This document shows, piece after piece, positions 38,603 to 48,189 of a stretch of DNA of 64,000 nt; the first letter of the stretch is position 1; the number at the start of each line of letters is the position of its first letter. This stretch comes from a virus, in the IMG/VR virus record IMGVR_UViG_3300033148_005363, positions 22,605 to 86,604 of that record; one strand, given 5' to 3'. Position numbers and translations under genes: made by a program. Under the pieces are notes generated by a model. That model saw nothing but the letters and a program-made list of their open reading frames with translations, was not told where the DNA came from and ran no database searches.

Positions 38603-38675
38603 AGCACCGGGAGGGGATCGAACCCACTGCCTGCTGATTACGAAACAGCCGCTCTGCCAAGTGAGCTACCGGTGC
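38603..38675 (-). tRNA. tRNA-Thr(CGT)
   Basis: GCACCGGTAGCTCACTTGGCAGAGC-GCTG..TTCGTAA..CAGC...GGTTCGATCCC cloverleaf. Confidence 0.9.
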
Positions 38676-38797
38676 CTAATTTTCCGATTGAGTCGAAATC
38701 AGGTTGTCACAGAACAGACCGAACGCCAGGCCATGTGCCTGGCACCATCGGTGTCGTGTGACGGGGGGGAGTGTGGTTTGTGACCTTCATGGCCCGC

Positions 38798-38827
38798 AGT
38801 GTAGACCGGGGAGAGGGACGGTGTCAA
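38798..38827 (-). promoter_or_regulatory. promoter for the tRNA cluster (TTGACA...TACACT); a second promoter TTGACA...TAGATT lies at about 38922-38950
   Basis: Near-consensus hexamers upstream of the tRNAs. Confidence 0.6.
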
Positions 38828-39402
38828 GGGGGAAAGGGGGGGTAGTGCCCCTCCAGACGTAGCGAAGCCCGGGACAAATCTTGGCAGATCCCCGGACTCG
38901 CTAAAGGATTCTCACATGCGCAATCTAGCGTGGTCCGCGTGGTGTGTCAACCCTCAGTTGCGAGAGGACGCGGACGGGGTTCACGGACGGGAGGTCTACA
39001 CGAAGAAAAGGGAGAGGCGCAGGAAAGAGGAAGGTCGGAGAGGAGAGGGGGCGCGGGACGAAGAGGGGGGCCGGAGGACGGGGAGAGGGACACAGACGGC
39101 TGGGAGGGGCGCGCAGGAGGTGGGCGCAGACGGGGTGCGCGAGGTTTGCGATTTTTTCGGGAGGCTCGGAGGTGGGGGGGCTATGCCTGTCCGGCCCCCC
39201 ATTTGCCCGGTTTTTTGACCCCCCGGCCCCCTCCCGGGCTGCCCCGATGTATCACTATTCGTACCCTTGAACCGGCCCCTCCCTGTCCCCATTGAGAGGG
39301 GTGGGGACACTTCAAAACGCTGAAGTCTGCGACGGAGCCAGCGCCGGGGACAGCGGGGGTACACTGGTTGACGCGGCGGGTAGGACCACCCCCCGGACAA
39401 AT

Positions 39403-40233
39403 TCAAGCAGACCCCCCGGGTGCATCGTTAAGGACGCCCGCTGCGAGCCGGTCCAGGTCCAGGGGATCACCGCTGCCCACAGGGGCCGCCTGTGTCACAG
39501 GGGCCGAACTGGGCTGCGACGGCAGGGGTTCCGAGGTAGAGGCAAGGAGGTCCGGCAGGTCCGGCATGGGGGGCGGCGCAACACCCTTCGGTGCATCGTC
39601 GCCAGACGGAGGCACGTATCCCCCGCTGTCAGGGTCGGTCTCGGGGCGGTATCCGGGGGCGAAGTACGAGAACAGCTCAGCGGGGATCTCCCCCTCTGTG
39701 GCCAGGGCCTCAAGGTCCGCATCATCCAGGCCAGCGATCTGATCCTCGAGGGATCCACCGCCTGCCACCCCCGCGTCAATCGCCGACTGGAGTAGGGCGT
39801 GCTCCCGGGTCAGCACCCTGTCGAGCTCGTTGGAGATCCGCATGAGCTCCGCATTGGAGATGTCGGGATCCATCGCAGCATCCCGGAGCCTGCCCTTGAT
39901 CTTGCGGACGAGGCCCAGGTTCTCTCCCAGGACCGTGGCAGGGTCATTGCTCTCCCGTCGCTGGGCTTCCTGGACCACCCGCGCAAAGCGGTCACGGATC
40001 GCCTCGAAGCCCCGCTCAGGCCATCCCTCGTCTACCGCCTTTTTCGCAGTACTATAAGCTATCCCAAGTGTCTCAGAAAGCCGAGAGATAGACGGATTTC
40101 GGACGTAAGCTTTAAACATCCTCTCATAGAGTTCCCTTGTTATAGACTTCCCCTTTCGCGCGGGCGATCCTGGAAATCGAGCCTTCCTCCCCCTCGCGCG
40201 CTCCTGCGCTGTAGTCTTATCTTCAGGCTTCAT
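39403..40233 (-). CDS. HTH protein, candidate terminase small subunit
   Basis: SISRLSETLGIAYSTAKKAV HTH, helical middle, acidic Pro-rich tail; upstream of portal/TerL. Confidence 0.5.
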   Translation of the reverse strand: MKPEDKTTAQERARGRKARFPGSPARKGKSITRELYERMFKAYVRNPSISRLSETLGIAYSTAKKAVDEGWPERGFEAIRDRFARVVQEAQRRESNDPATVLGENLGLVRKIKGRLRDAAMDPDISNAELMRISNELDRVLTREHALLQSAIDAGVAGGGSLEDQIAGLDDADLEALATEGEIPAELFSYFAPGYRPETDPDSGGYVPPSGDDAPKGVAPPPMPDLPDLLASTSEPLPSQPSSAPVTQAAPVGSGDPLDLDRLAAGVLNDAPGGSA

Positions 40234-41021
40234 GGGTGTTGCCCTCCCCTTGTTCCGTGGTGTTCTTCCCGCGCGTTCCCGTCGCTCCGCTCCGCTCTAC
40301 CCCTTGCTTCTTCGCTGTCCTCTCCGCGCGTTGCCCTCGCTCCGCTCTTCACGTTCCTCGCGCTGCCCTCCCCTTGCTCCTCGCTGCCCTTCGTTCTCCT
40401 TCCCATCGCTCCGCTCTTCAACCCTTTGCTCCTCGCTGTCCTCCATCGGTTCCTCTTGCCGCTCCCTGTGTCCGTCTCCTCCGGGGTCCTACACCTCCGC
40501 AGTTGACCTGTCCCGCGCGTTCCTCCCCGTACCCCATGCAGTGGGACGGGGTTTCGCGTCCGGTTGATCGGAAGTCCGCAGTAGTCGTTCGTTCCCAGCG
40601 CCTTGCTTCCTTGCCGCCTGGCTCCCTTGCTTCTGGTTCGCGGGGCCTCACCCATCGCTTCGGTCCCCGGTCGTCTGTGGTCGCTTCGTTGCAGGTCGCT
40701 CACTGCTTAGCCTCTTGCCTTTGCTCTTCCCGTCGTAGTCCCTTCGTTCCGCTGTGCTCCACTTGGGCCGTCCTCCGTAAGTCTGTCCTTTAACCGCTAC
40801 TTAGTCAAGCCGCGGGCGGGCGGGGCTGCGCGCGTGTTTTACGGCGCGTGCGTGGGCGCGTTGGCGCTCAGTAACGCGCGTGCGTGCGGGGGTGGATTCG
40901 CGGTGCGTCATGGGTGCGTCATTTTGGGTGGGGTCCGCGCGGGATGGGTGGTCCACTATGTCTGTGTCCGCGCGGGATGCAGTGGGGTTTCGCGCGCTGG
41001 TTGGGAGGTGGGGTCCGCGCG

Positions 41022-41203
41022 GTTCTGTGTCTTGTGTTCTGTGTCCTGTAGCCGTTCACCTAGAATGTGTTCTGTGTGGGGTGGGGTTCTCCGGGGGTCC
41101 TCGCGTACGCGTATGGCGCGCGCCCTCGCGTGCACAGGCGCGTTTGTGTTTAAGTTTACTTAACCACAGGACACAGAAGTTAACTACAGGACTTAACCAC
41201 AAG
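41022..41203. repeat. iteron-like direct and inverted repeats (TTAACYACARG / CACAGGACACAGAA)
   Basis: TTAACCACAGGAC at 41160, TTAACTACAGGAC at 41180, TTAACCACAAG at 41193; reverse-complement copies at about 41022 and 41037. Confidence 0.6.
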
Positions 41204-41356
41204 TTTAGAGTCTACGCGTCGGCGCGACGCGTGCAGGGCTGCGCGCGGAACATGCGCCGACGGATGCGCGGGGGCATGTCACGCGTACGCGAGGGCCGGG
41301 GCGTGGATTGGGAGGGGTAGACGTGGTGGGCGGTGGCTGAGCAGTGCGGGTGGGGA

Positions 41357-41415
41357 CTCGTCGAATGGCTCGACGAATAAAAGGGCTTGACAGGGGGTGG
41401 GCGGTAAGGTAGACG
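41357..41415 (+). promoter_or_regulatory. promoter TTGACA-17-TAGACG with upstream TCGTCGA-N5-TCGACGA inverted repeat
   Basis: Read directly from the sequence. Confidence 0.55.
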
Positions 41416-41456
41416 TTGGGGGAGGTTGGGCGGTGATGAACAACAGGAGGGCGGGA

Positions 41457-42045
41457 TGACTACCGATAAATCAGAAGACCCGACGTTGTTCCCGCCCACC
41501 CACGATCGGCTTGTGGAGTTGGCCGCGCAGTGGCTCTTGAAGGGCGCTGTGGTGCCGTGCTCGTACACCAAGACGGGGACGCGGCGCGTGTCGTGCTCCG
41601 TGGTTGCCGCGGACGTGACCAGTTCCGCCGGGGAAACACCGGACGCTATCGGGTGGGCTGGCTGGGGATCCGTGCTGGTAGAGTGCAAGACCAGTCGGTC
41701 AGACTTCCTGGCAGACCGGAAGAAGCCCTACCGCCGACTACTGGAGTCAGGCATGGGACGGGCGCGGTACTTCCTCGTCCCGAAGGGGCTGGTAACCACT
41801 GCGGAACTCCCATGGGCTGGGGGCTCCTGGAGTACAACGGGAAGACCGTGCGGGTGGCAAAGCTGGCGACCCGGCTCGATCAGTACGCGCCTGAAGACGA
41901 GACGCGCCTACTGGTCTCGCTACTGCGTCGGCTGCCAGCCGGGATCGACGGGGTGCGGGTGCGGTACTACACCGACGACGACAAGACGAAGCGGCCCAGG
42001 GGGGCCGTGCATGTTCAGACGGCGGACACCGCGGACCCCAAATAA
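41457..42045 (+). pseudogene. MmcB-like PD-(D/E)XK nuclease split by a 1-nt frameshift near 41810
   Basis: PDAIGW..VECKTSRSDFLAD..GMG..RYF..ELP continues as GWGLLEY in another frame. Confidence 0.7.
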
Positions 42046-42270
42046 AACCCCTCCCCGCTACAGCCCCTCACTCGAACAAATAGCAGACACCCATCCCCGG
42101 CAGGGCATTGACGCCCACGGTCGCCAGCGCAGGGGGCAGGTGGCCGCGTAGGAGGGTGGCCGGTGGGGTCGGAGGGGGTCAGGGGTTGCGGGCGGTAGAG
42201 GGGCTCGTGGGGACTCGGTTATCGTTTCGGTTATATCGCGCTGTCGGATTTGCAAACGGGGGGGGGTGGG

Positions 42271-42798
42271 TCAGGAGCTGGGCACCTTCTTCGGGCGCCG
42301 CGTCCTGCGCGCGTGGCTCATCCGCTCACGACGGCGGGCGCTCTCCGGCGGGGCCTCGGTGCCGGGGGTATGATCGGGGTGCATGGCGCAGTCCTGGTCG
42401 GGGCAGTTGGCGCAGTCGTGGACATCACCATCCGTCCATGCGTCTAGTCTCGGCACGTAGTGGTATCTGGTCCTGGGATCATCGGGCTCATCATCGCAGT
42501 CCGCTACCTCGCATGGCGACACGGCCTCGTTGTCGCAGGACCCCACGTCGGGGCAGCCGGTGCAGCGGTCGGGGTCCTCGCGGGTGCCTGCCGTGGCCGA
42601 CGCGGGCCGTTCGTCGTTGTCGCTGTTCCACGATGGTCCCCAGGACTCGAAGGCGATGGACCCAGCGCCCCAGCCCGCGGGGGCCACCGTGAAGTGTCCA
42701 AGGGGTTCGTCCAGTGGCTCAATGCTGTCTGCCAAGTCGTTGAAGTCCTCAGCGATCGCCAAGAGATCCTCGCTGGTAGGCGTGCATTCGTCTTTCAT
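42271..42798 (-). CDS. acidic Cys-rich hypothetical protein
   Basis: SD GAGGAG; CTGC..C..C and CANC..C..H clusters. Confidence 0.55.
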   Translation of the reverse strand: MKDECTPTSEDLLAIAEDFNDLADSIEPLDEPLGHFTVAPAGWGAGSIAFESWGPSWNSDNDERPASATAGTREDPDRCTGCPDVGSCDNEAVSPCEVADCDDEPDDPRTRYHYVPRLDAWTDGDVHDCANCPDQDCAMHPDHTPGTEAPPESARRRERMSHARRTRRPKKVPSS

Positions 42799-42845
42799 CC
42801 GTGTCTCCTCGTAGCGCCCCGGAGGGCGGTGGTTCATCCTGCGTG

Positions 42846-42935
42846 CAGAGTACCGGGGCACCTGAGCGCCCGTCAAGAGAATTCGACGATGCGGCGAAAA
42901 TAAGTGTTGACAGCCCGACAAGGGGACGGTAGAAG
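42846..42935. promoter_or_regulatory. divergent promoters flanking a TCGACG-ATG-CGGCGA operator-like site
   Basis: Minus: TTGACG...TACTCT; plus: TTGACA-17-TAGAAG; imperfect palindrome at 42883-42897. Confidence 0.6.
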
Positions 42936-42993
42936 TGGATCAGGATGAACGAACGACGCGCCGCCCGGCGGTCAAACTGAGGAGGAGACGACC

Positions 42994-43344
42994 ATGAAGA
43001 TCACACGCACAGAAGGCCAGCACATCGGACTCCCGGGAGATCGCGTCGACTACTACCCGCAGGCCGAAGCCAGGGGCGAGGAATTCAACGTCGTGGTCCT
43101 CCCCGCTGAGGATGAGGCAGCACCCGCGTGGACGGGGGAGAAGGCGGCTGCGCGGGCGCTGGATTACGCATTGCGAATCGTCGCCAGCGCGCGGAGATAT
43201 GGTCTCGATGTCCCATGCGTAGAGATGCTGGCTGAGATAGTACGCGACAGGGCCAGGGTGGGCGCAGAGACAGCGATCTCTGCCGCCCGAAGAGCACTGA
43301 CCACGGAGGGCGGCGGTGAATCAACGGAGGTGCCACGTGGCTAA
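42994..43344 (+). CDS. hypothetical protein
   Basis: SD GAGGAGG; first gene of a coupled operon. Confidence 0.65.
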   Translation: MKITRTEGQHIGLPGDRVDYYPQAEARGEEFNVVVLPAEDEAAPAWTGEKAAARALDYALRIVASARRYGLDVPCVEMLAEIVRDRARVGAETAISAARRALTTEGGGESTEVPRG

Positions 43345-43927
43345 CTGCTACGAAACCAGCAAAATCAAGTTCCGCACCGGCCCGGTGAACCCGTACTATC
43401 TACGACTGCGGCCGCGGTTGTCCTTCTGGCAGCGCGTCAGGCTCCTCTTCGGCGCGCAGGTCACGGCCTACGTGGAGATGGACTCGGACGGCGCAGGGCC
43501 GTACCGCGCCCGCTGCTACATGGACGGCGACACGCGGATTCCCGCGGACCTCGACCACGGCGACGACTGGGAAGCCCTAGCGCCCGGGGGACTGCTCTCC
43601 CCGTCGCAGGCCGATCGGTTCTGCGGGCTGCTGATCCTCGACGCGATGAAGAGGCGGACACGTGAGGACATCGAAGAGGCGCATCGGGCACTGGTGCAGC
43701 CGTGGGGTGGGCCGGAGAAGTGCCCGGACTGCGGGGGGCAGTTGCTTCACAGTAAGACGGACCTCGGAGCCGCCGGATTGGTTCGGTGCAAAGAGTGCGG
43801 GAAGGTAGGGGCTGTTCAGACTGGCCTGGACGAGAGAGGGCTACCTTACTGCCCTGGGATCTCGTGGGGGAACGACGAAGAGCGATCAGTGCGGGAAATC
43901 GTTGAGGAGATGGACCATGACGACTGA
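43337..43927 (+). CDS. hypothetical Zn-ribbon protein
   Basis: CPDCG...CKECG; SD GGAGG. Confidence 0.6.
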   Translation: MANCYETSKIKFRTGPVNPYYLRLRPRLSFWQRVRLLFGAQVTAYVEMDSDGAGPYRARCYMDGDTRIPADLDHGDDWEALAPGGLLSPSQADRFCGLLILDAMKRRTREDIEEAHRALVQPWGGPEKCPDCGGQLLHSKTDLGAAGLVRCKECGKVGAVQTGLDERGLPYCPGISWGNDEERSVREIVEEMDHDD

Positions 43928-44114
43928 GCCCAGCACAGACGATCGCATCCCAAGCAGCGAGGAAGTGCAGCACATGATCAGGGACGCTGACGTTGCGGCA
44001 GACGAGCACCACGCGGACGGCAACGGCGCCCTGTCTGTCTGGTATCGCAAGGTGGCCCTGGCCTTGGTGGAGTTGAATCACCGGAGACGGTGCGAGGACG
44101 GGGAGATCCCATGA
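43917..44114 (+). CDS. hypothetical protein
   Basis: SD GAGGAG; overlaps its neighbours. Confidence 0.55.
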   Translation: MTTEPSTDDRIPSSEEVQHMIRDADVAADEHHADGNGALSVWYRKVALALVELNHRRRCEDGEIP

Positions 44115-44521
44115 AGACCATCATCGCAGGCAGCCGCGGACTCAAGAACATCGCGCTTGTGCGTGCAGCGGTGGACCTCGCAGGATTCGAGATCACGGAG
44201 GTCTTCTCCGGCGGTGCCCAGGGCGTGGACCAGCTCGGGGAGTCGGTGGCTCACAGCCGTCACCTCCCCGTCCGCAAGTTCCCCGCTGACTGGACCAAGC
44301 ACGGCCGCTCTGCGGGGCCGATCCGCAACCTCGAGATGGCAGCCGCGGCCGACGCGCTGATCGCCGTGTGGGACGGACAGAGCCGGGGGACGCGGCACAT
44401 GATCGAGACAGCCGTGAGGGTCGGGATCCCCGTGTTCCTGCTTGGCCCTGGCGAGGGGGTGTTGCCTGCGAACGATCGGCGGTATCGGTGGTTGGAAGCG
44501 GTGGGGAAGGGCTCCTCATGA
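44111..44521 (+). CDS. SLOG / YspA-like (DUF2493) protein
   Basis: IIAGSR..SGGAQGVD..FPADW..GRSAGPIRN.EMA..ADALIAVWDGQSRGT motifs. Confidence 0.85.
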   Translation: MKTIIAGSRGLKNIALVRAAVDLAGFEITEVFSGGAQGVDQLGESVAHSRHLPVRKFPADWTKHGRSAGPIRNLEMAAAADALIAVWDGQSRGTRHMIETAVRVGIPVFLLGPGEGVLPANDRRYRWLEAVGKGSS

Positions 44522-44712
44522 CTTGGCCCGAGGGCTGCGCCCACGCCTTCGTGTGGGCCTCGTGCTGTGCGCTGGGGGTGACGGAGATGCTGCCCGGGTG
44601 GGGTGCCCTGCTCGGTGCGCTGGTAGGGTCCGTGATGATGATCAGTGGTCGAAACGTGGGGCCTGGGAAAGGCTCTGGCTCGAATACAAAACGGCAACTT
44701 CCCAAAGCCTAA
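44518..44712 (+). CDS. small membrane protein
   Basis: ATGA coupling; two hydrophobic segments. Confidence 0.4.
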   Translation: MTWPEGCAHAFVWASCCALGVTEMLPGWGALLGALVGSVMMISGRNVGPGKGSGSNTKRQLPKA

Positions 44713-44798
44713 CTCCCACCCACCACACGCGCCCACGCGGCCCCTACGGCATTCCGGTCCTCTCGCTGGCAGGTGGGGGGCTGGGGTCTCAGGGGCGG

Positions 44799-45011
44799 TC
44801 ACCCGGACGCGGTCGCCACCGGGAAACACTCCGGGCAGCGGTTGTCATCGTCCAGGAACACCTTGCTCAGGCCATGCCGCCAGCGCGGGCCGAAGTGCGC
44901 CTTGCTGCACGCGAGCCGGTACGGATACCGCTTGTCGCCGGTCTCGCAGATGCGGTGCGCCGTCGAGTGTCCGCGGATCTTCCAGGCCATAGGTTTTGCT
45001 TTCATACTCAC
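44799..45011 (-). CDS. small Cys/His protein
   Basis: H..C, C and CPEC motifs; SD GGAGG. Confidence 0.45.
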   Translation of the reverse strand: MSMKAKPMAWKIRGHSTAHRICETGDKRYPYRLACSKAHFGPRWRHGLSKVFLDDDNRCPECFPVATASG

Positions 45012-45135
45012 CTCCCCTCTGTTGCTTCAATCAACATCGTCCATGCAGCCGCCGCGCAGGCCGGGACCTGCCCGGCCCCCTGCGCTGCCAGTGCTCTTTT
45101 CAGTCGTGCGTTCATCATCGCCTCCCTGCGCTGTT

Positions 45136-45708
45136 TCACGCCGCCACTTCCTTTCCCCCAATCGCCACCAGCGTAGCAACGCGTCGCTCGTAGTGGATGG
45201 TCTCAATTTGGGCAGTGGCCACGGCCAGGTCCGCTGCGTCTCGTCCGACGAGCCCGAAGTCGTCGAACGAATCGAGGCTGACGACCCCGGGAAGGGACAG
45301 CATGTCTGCCCCTCCCATCGCCATGGCTCCGTCGAGCGTGAAGCACAGCGTGGCGTCTTCGATGTTTTTCCCTGGGGGGACCATTGCCCACTCCGGGACA
45401 GCCAAGTTCGCCTGCCAGCCGTCGTTCAGCTCGTCCAGGCTGGTCGTGTACCAGCCGTCAGAAGGAAGCGCTAAATTCGGGGAGAAACGCTGGTCCTTGC
45501 CCATGAGAAGGCAGGGACGACCGGGGCGATCCTCGCCCAGCCGCTTGGCCCGCGCTGCCGCAATGAGCAGAGCGACCTGCTCAGGCGGGAAGATGATCTG
45601 GTCAGCGCTGGCCGGGATGTCTGTGGAGATCTCGACGATCTCCGTGTCGGGGTTGGCCCATTTCTGGGCGAAATTGATTGAGATTACGGCCGCTGTCCTG
45701 TTGCTCAT
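45136..45708 (-). CDS. hypothetical early protein (first gene after promoter repeat copy 1)
   Basis: SD GGGGGG inside the repeat; in-frame upstream leaderless ATG. Confidence 0.65.
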   Translation of the reverse strand: MSNRTAAVISINFAQKWANPDTEIVEISTDIPASADQIIFPPEQVALLIAAARAKRLGEDRPGRPCLLMGKDQRFSPNLALPSDGWYTTSLDELNDGWQANLAVPEWAMVPPGKNIEDATLCFTLDGAMAMGGADMLSLPGVVSLDSFDDFGLVGRDAADLAVATAQIETIHYERRVATLVAIGGKEVAA

Positions 45709-45834
45709 CCCGTCCCCCCGGTTGGTCTTGCTGGTTTGTGTTTCCCTCTTCATGCCCACACTTTACCGCGTGGACACAGGGAGTCAACAACTTTATTCGA
45801 CGATACGTTGATTTATTTATTCGGGGAGGGGAGC
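45706..45834 (-). repeat. 129-bp promoter/operator/leader repeat, copy 1
   Basis: Near-identical to 49991-50119; TTGACT-16-TAAAGT; TCGACGATACGTTGA. Confidence 0.9.
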
Positions 45835-45848
45835 AGACCGGAGAACGG

Positions 45849-46084
45849 TCAGTTCATCGTGTGAGCGCCGATGACGCACCTGAACGCGCCCGTGTCGGAG
45901 TCGACCACGATATCCCCGTTGGTCGGAGCGAGGTGTTCCGCCATGCAGTCTTCGCAGTACCACGCGTCCTCGCTGGGACCGAACCAGCCGCCGCCCGCCT
46001 CGTGCCAGGTCTTACCGCAGCCTCCGAAGCACGGGCGCTCCATCGCCTGGGCCTTGGTAAGTCCGGTGCGATCGTCCACGTCAA
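45849..46084 (-). CDS. small Zn-finger protein
   Basis: CFGGC...WYCEDC; GTGA coupling. Confidence 0.45.
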
Positions 46085-46377
46085 TCCCCGTCGCAGACAG
46101 GGGGCCGGGTAGGCAGCGTCCCCCGATCCGTGCCAGCCTGCGACTCCCTGATCGCCCCGCCGATGTCACCGCGGGTGATGATGCTCGACCCCTCCGGGAC
46201 GAGGTGGGTGCCGCAACTGGTGCAGTAGCCGTGGACCACGCCCATGGAGGCCATAACGACGATGTCCGTGCTCCGGCACTGGGGGCAGGCGGGCATGGGG
46301 GCCTGGTCAGCGATCACCCACTTGAAACCGTCGTCGAAGGTGAAGAGCCGCCGCTTCTGCGCTTGCGCTATGTCCAT
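46081..46377 (-). CDS. Zn-ribbon protein
   Basis: CPQC...CTSC; SD AGGAGG. Confidence 0.6.
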   Translation of the reverse strand: MDIAQAQKRRLFTFDDGFKWVIADQAPMPACPQCRSTDIVVMASMGVVHGYCTSCGTHLVPEGSSIITRGDIGGAIRESQAGTDRGTLPTRPPVCDGD

Positions 46378-46492
46378 GGTTGCGTCCTCCTGTGCTCACC
46401 GCCTGGACGATACGTTGAATCGCGCAGCCTGTCAACCGCTTGCATTGCGTCGCCGGATCGATTACAAGGGAAACAGAGGATGGAGGTTGACC

Positions 46493-46858
46493 ATGAGACG
46501 ACGATCGATTCAGATTCTGGTGCTCGCTGCCCTGGCCCTGGCCCTGAGCGGATGCGGGACCACGGTGGACATGAGCTACGTCATGGACTCAATGGACGCG
46601 GCGAACCCCGTAGTTCAGGACTACGCGGCGCGCGGATGCAAGCAGATCACGGTTGCACCGGCCTTCACCGTGAACTGGGAGGGCGAGGGGAATACCACCT
46701 TCGGGGGCGGCGTCTTCGTCGGCTGCGCGCAGGAGGGACGCCTCGTCGAGTTCCAGTGTCACAGGGCAGCGACCCCAGAGGACAAGGCGTGGTGTCAGAA
46801 GCTCCGCTTGTGGGTCCTGAAGATACAAGGCGAGGAGCCGCCCCGAACGCCCCGGTAA
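46493..46858 (+). CDS. lipoprotein
   Basis: MRRRSIQILVLAALALALSG|C lipobox; SD GGAGG; on the opposite strand to its neighbours. Confidence 0.75.
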   Translation: MRRRSIQILVLAALALALSGCGTTVDMSYVMDSMDAANPVVQDYAARGCKQITVAPAFTVNWEGEGNTTFGGGVFVGCAQEGRLVEFQCHRAATPEDKAWCQKLRLWVLKIQGEEPPRTPR

Positions 46859-46868
46859 CCGCCCCGCC

Positions 46869-47099
46869 TCAGACTTCCCCGCGCACCACAGCGATCGCCA
46901 CGTCGAGGCCCACGCGCTCCGCCGTCCGGCAGACGTAGACCGGTACGCAGACCACGGAAATGGCGAGGGGCAACCACTGCCACGTCGAGGCCCCGATCGC
47001 CCGCTGAACATTCGGATTCAGGAGGTGCCGCAGTGCCCGCCGATCGTGGTCGACTTGCTCCCAGCGCCATTCGAGCAAGGCGAGAGTTCGTTGTCTCAT
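46869..47099 (-). CDS. hypothetical protein
   Basis: SD AAGGA; follows 47113-47448. Confidence 0.4.
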   Translation of the reverse strand: MRQRTLALLEWRWEQVDHDRRALRHLLNPNVQRAIGASTWQWLPLAISVVCVPVYVCRTAERVGLDVAIAVVRGEV

Positions 47100-47112
47100 G
47101 GCGTAGTCCTTG

Positions 47113-47448
47113 TCATGGATGGAGCGCGGCCAGTTCGTCGATTGCCTCTTGTACCGTCGTCGCTGCCAGCCCGGAAACCGAGTTGTCGTATGAAATCGCC
47201 GATGCCGGATGCTGATCCAAAGCATCCCGATCGGTCAGGGAGGTGTGCGACAGGACTTCAAATTCCAGTTTGTCGCCGCGGGCCACCGGCACCTTTCCCT
47301 CCCCGAAATCTGTATCGTCGAATACATGCCCGAGGATCGCCTCCCAGAGCATTCGGCCCGCCTCAGCCATCTGCTCATCTTCCGGCAGATCGTCTATGGC
47401 GTCTTTGAATGCCTGGATTGCTGCCGGGATGCCGTCGAATAGGGCCAT
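47113..47448 (-). CDS. small protein carrying a tail-fibre-type SGLAATxVQxAIDE motif
   Basis: HPASAISYDNSVSGLAATTVQEAIDEL matches HDADDIDFDNAASGLAATEVQGALDEI of the tail fibre. Confidence 0.7.
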   Translation of the reverse strand: MALFDGIPAAIQAFKDAIDDLPEDEQMAEAGRMLWEAILGHVFDDTDFGEGKVPVARGDKLEFEVLSHTSLTDRDALDQHPASAISYDNSVSGLAATTVQEAIDELAALHP

Positions 47449-47498
47449 GGTGGTGTCTCCCTCAGTGCCTAATTGGTATCACGGGGCCGGAGAGCGCG

Positions 47499-47810
47499 TC
47501 AACCGCGCTCGTCTTCCGCGAACCTGGTACCGTCTGCAAGCGTCACCGCCGTCCCCGGCAGGTCGTCGGGGTTTGACCCGTCGTGTACTGCCCCCGTCAC
47601 GTACGGCGAATCCAAGAGGCTCGGGCGCGGGCACTTCTGCGCGGGGAGCCGGTCTACGCCCGGTGGCATCCCCGGAGGCCGGTACGCGCTACCAGGCCCT
47701 TTCTTGGGAGGGAGGACCCGCGTGCCCCTGTCGCCACAGCCGGGGCAGACCGATCGCCGCGGGCGTTCCTGGTACTCGAATCCGAACAGGCATTGTCGGC
47801 AGAGGAACAA
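47499..47810 (-). CDS. Zn-ribbon hypothetical protein
   Basis: CRQC...CPGC. Confidence 0.45.
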   Translation of the reverse strand: MFLCRQCLFGFEYQERPRRSVCPGCGDRGTRVLPPKKGPGSAYRPPGMPPGVDRLPAQKCPRPSLLDSPYVTGAVHDGSNPDDLPGTAVTLADGTRFAEDERG

Positions 47811-47811
47811 C

Positions 47812-48189
47812 TCAGTTCGTCCCGGACCGCCTGCGCCCCAGCCTGGTGCTCAAGGCCTTGGATGCCCAGGAAACGATCCACGGGCTCCCCAGCGCCCCCG
47901 CAGCGGCCACCGTAGCGCCAAGCCAGGGATCCCAGACCCGCCAGCCAGCGATGCCCCCGCCCGCCGCACAGAGGACCACGGCGACGATCGTGGTTGCCAG
48001 CTCAAGCCAGGCGTGCCCCTCAAGTTGGTCCACCACCCACCGAAGCCGCCGCTGGATCCCGAAGGCAGCTACCGCGGCACCCACCCAGATCACAGCGGCG
48101 ATGGTCGTCCAGGGGACATCGTTGGGGACAGGTGCTAGATGCTGGACAGCGTCGGCGCCGGGTGCCACCTGCGCGAGTAGATCGAACAT
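47812..48189 (-). CDS. three-TM holin-like membrane protein
   Basis: SD GAGGAGG; three hydrophobic helices and a basic C-terminus. Confidence 0.55.
   Translation of the reverse strand: MFDLLAQVAPGADAVQHLAPVPNDVPWTTIAAVIWVGAAVAAFGIQRRLRWVVDQLEGHAWLELATTIVAVVLCAAGGGIAGWRVWDPWLGATVAAAGALGSPWIVSWASKALSTRLGRRRSGTN

Noticed and set aside
40230-40703. Arg/Gly-rich 157-aa ORF as a protamine-like protein
   Set aside because: It is explained by the purine-rich low-complexity tract and has no convincing SD or motif. It cannot be fully excluded, since it overlaps the next start codon (ATGA).
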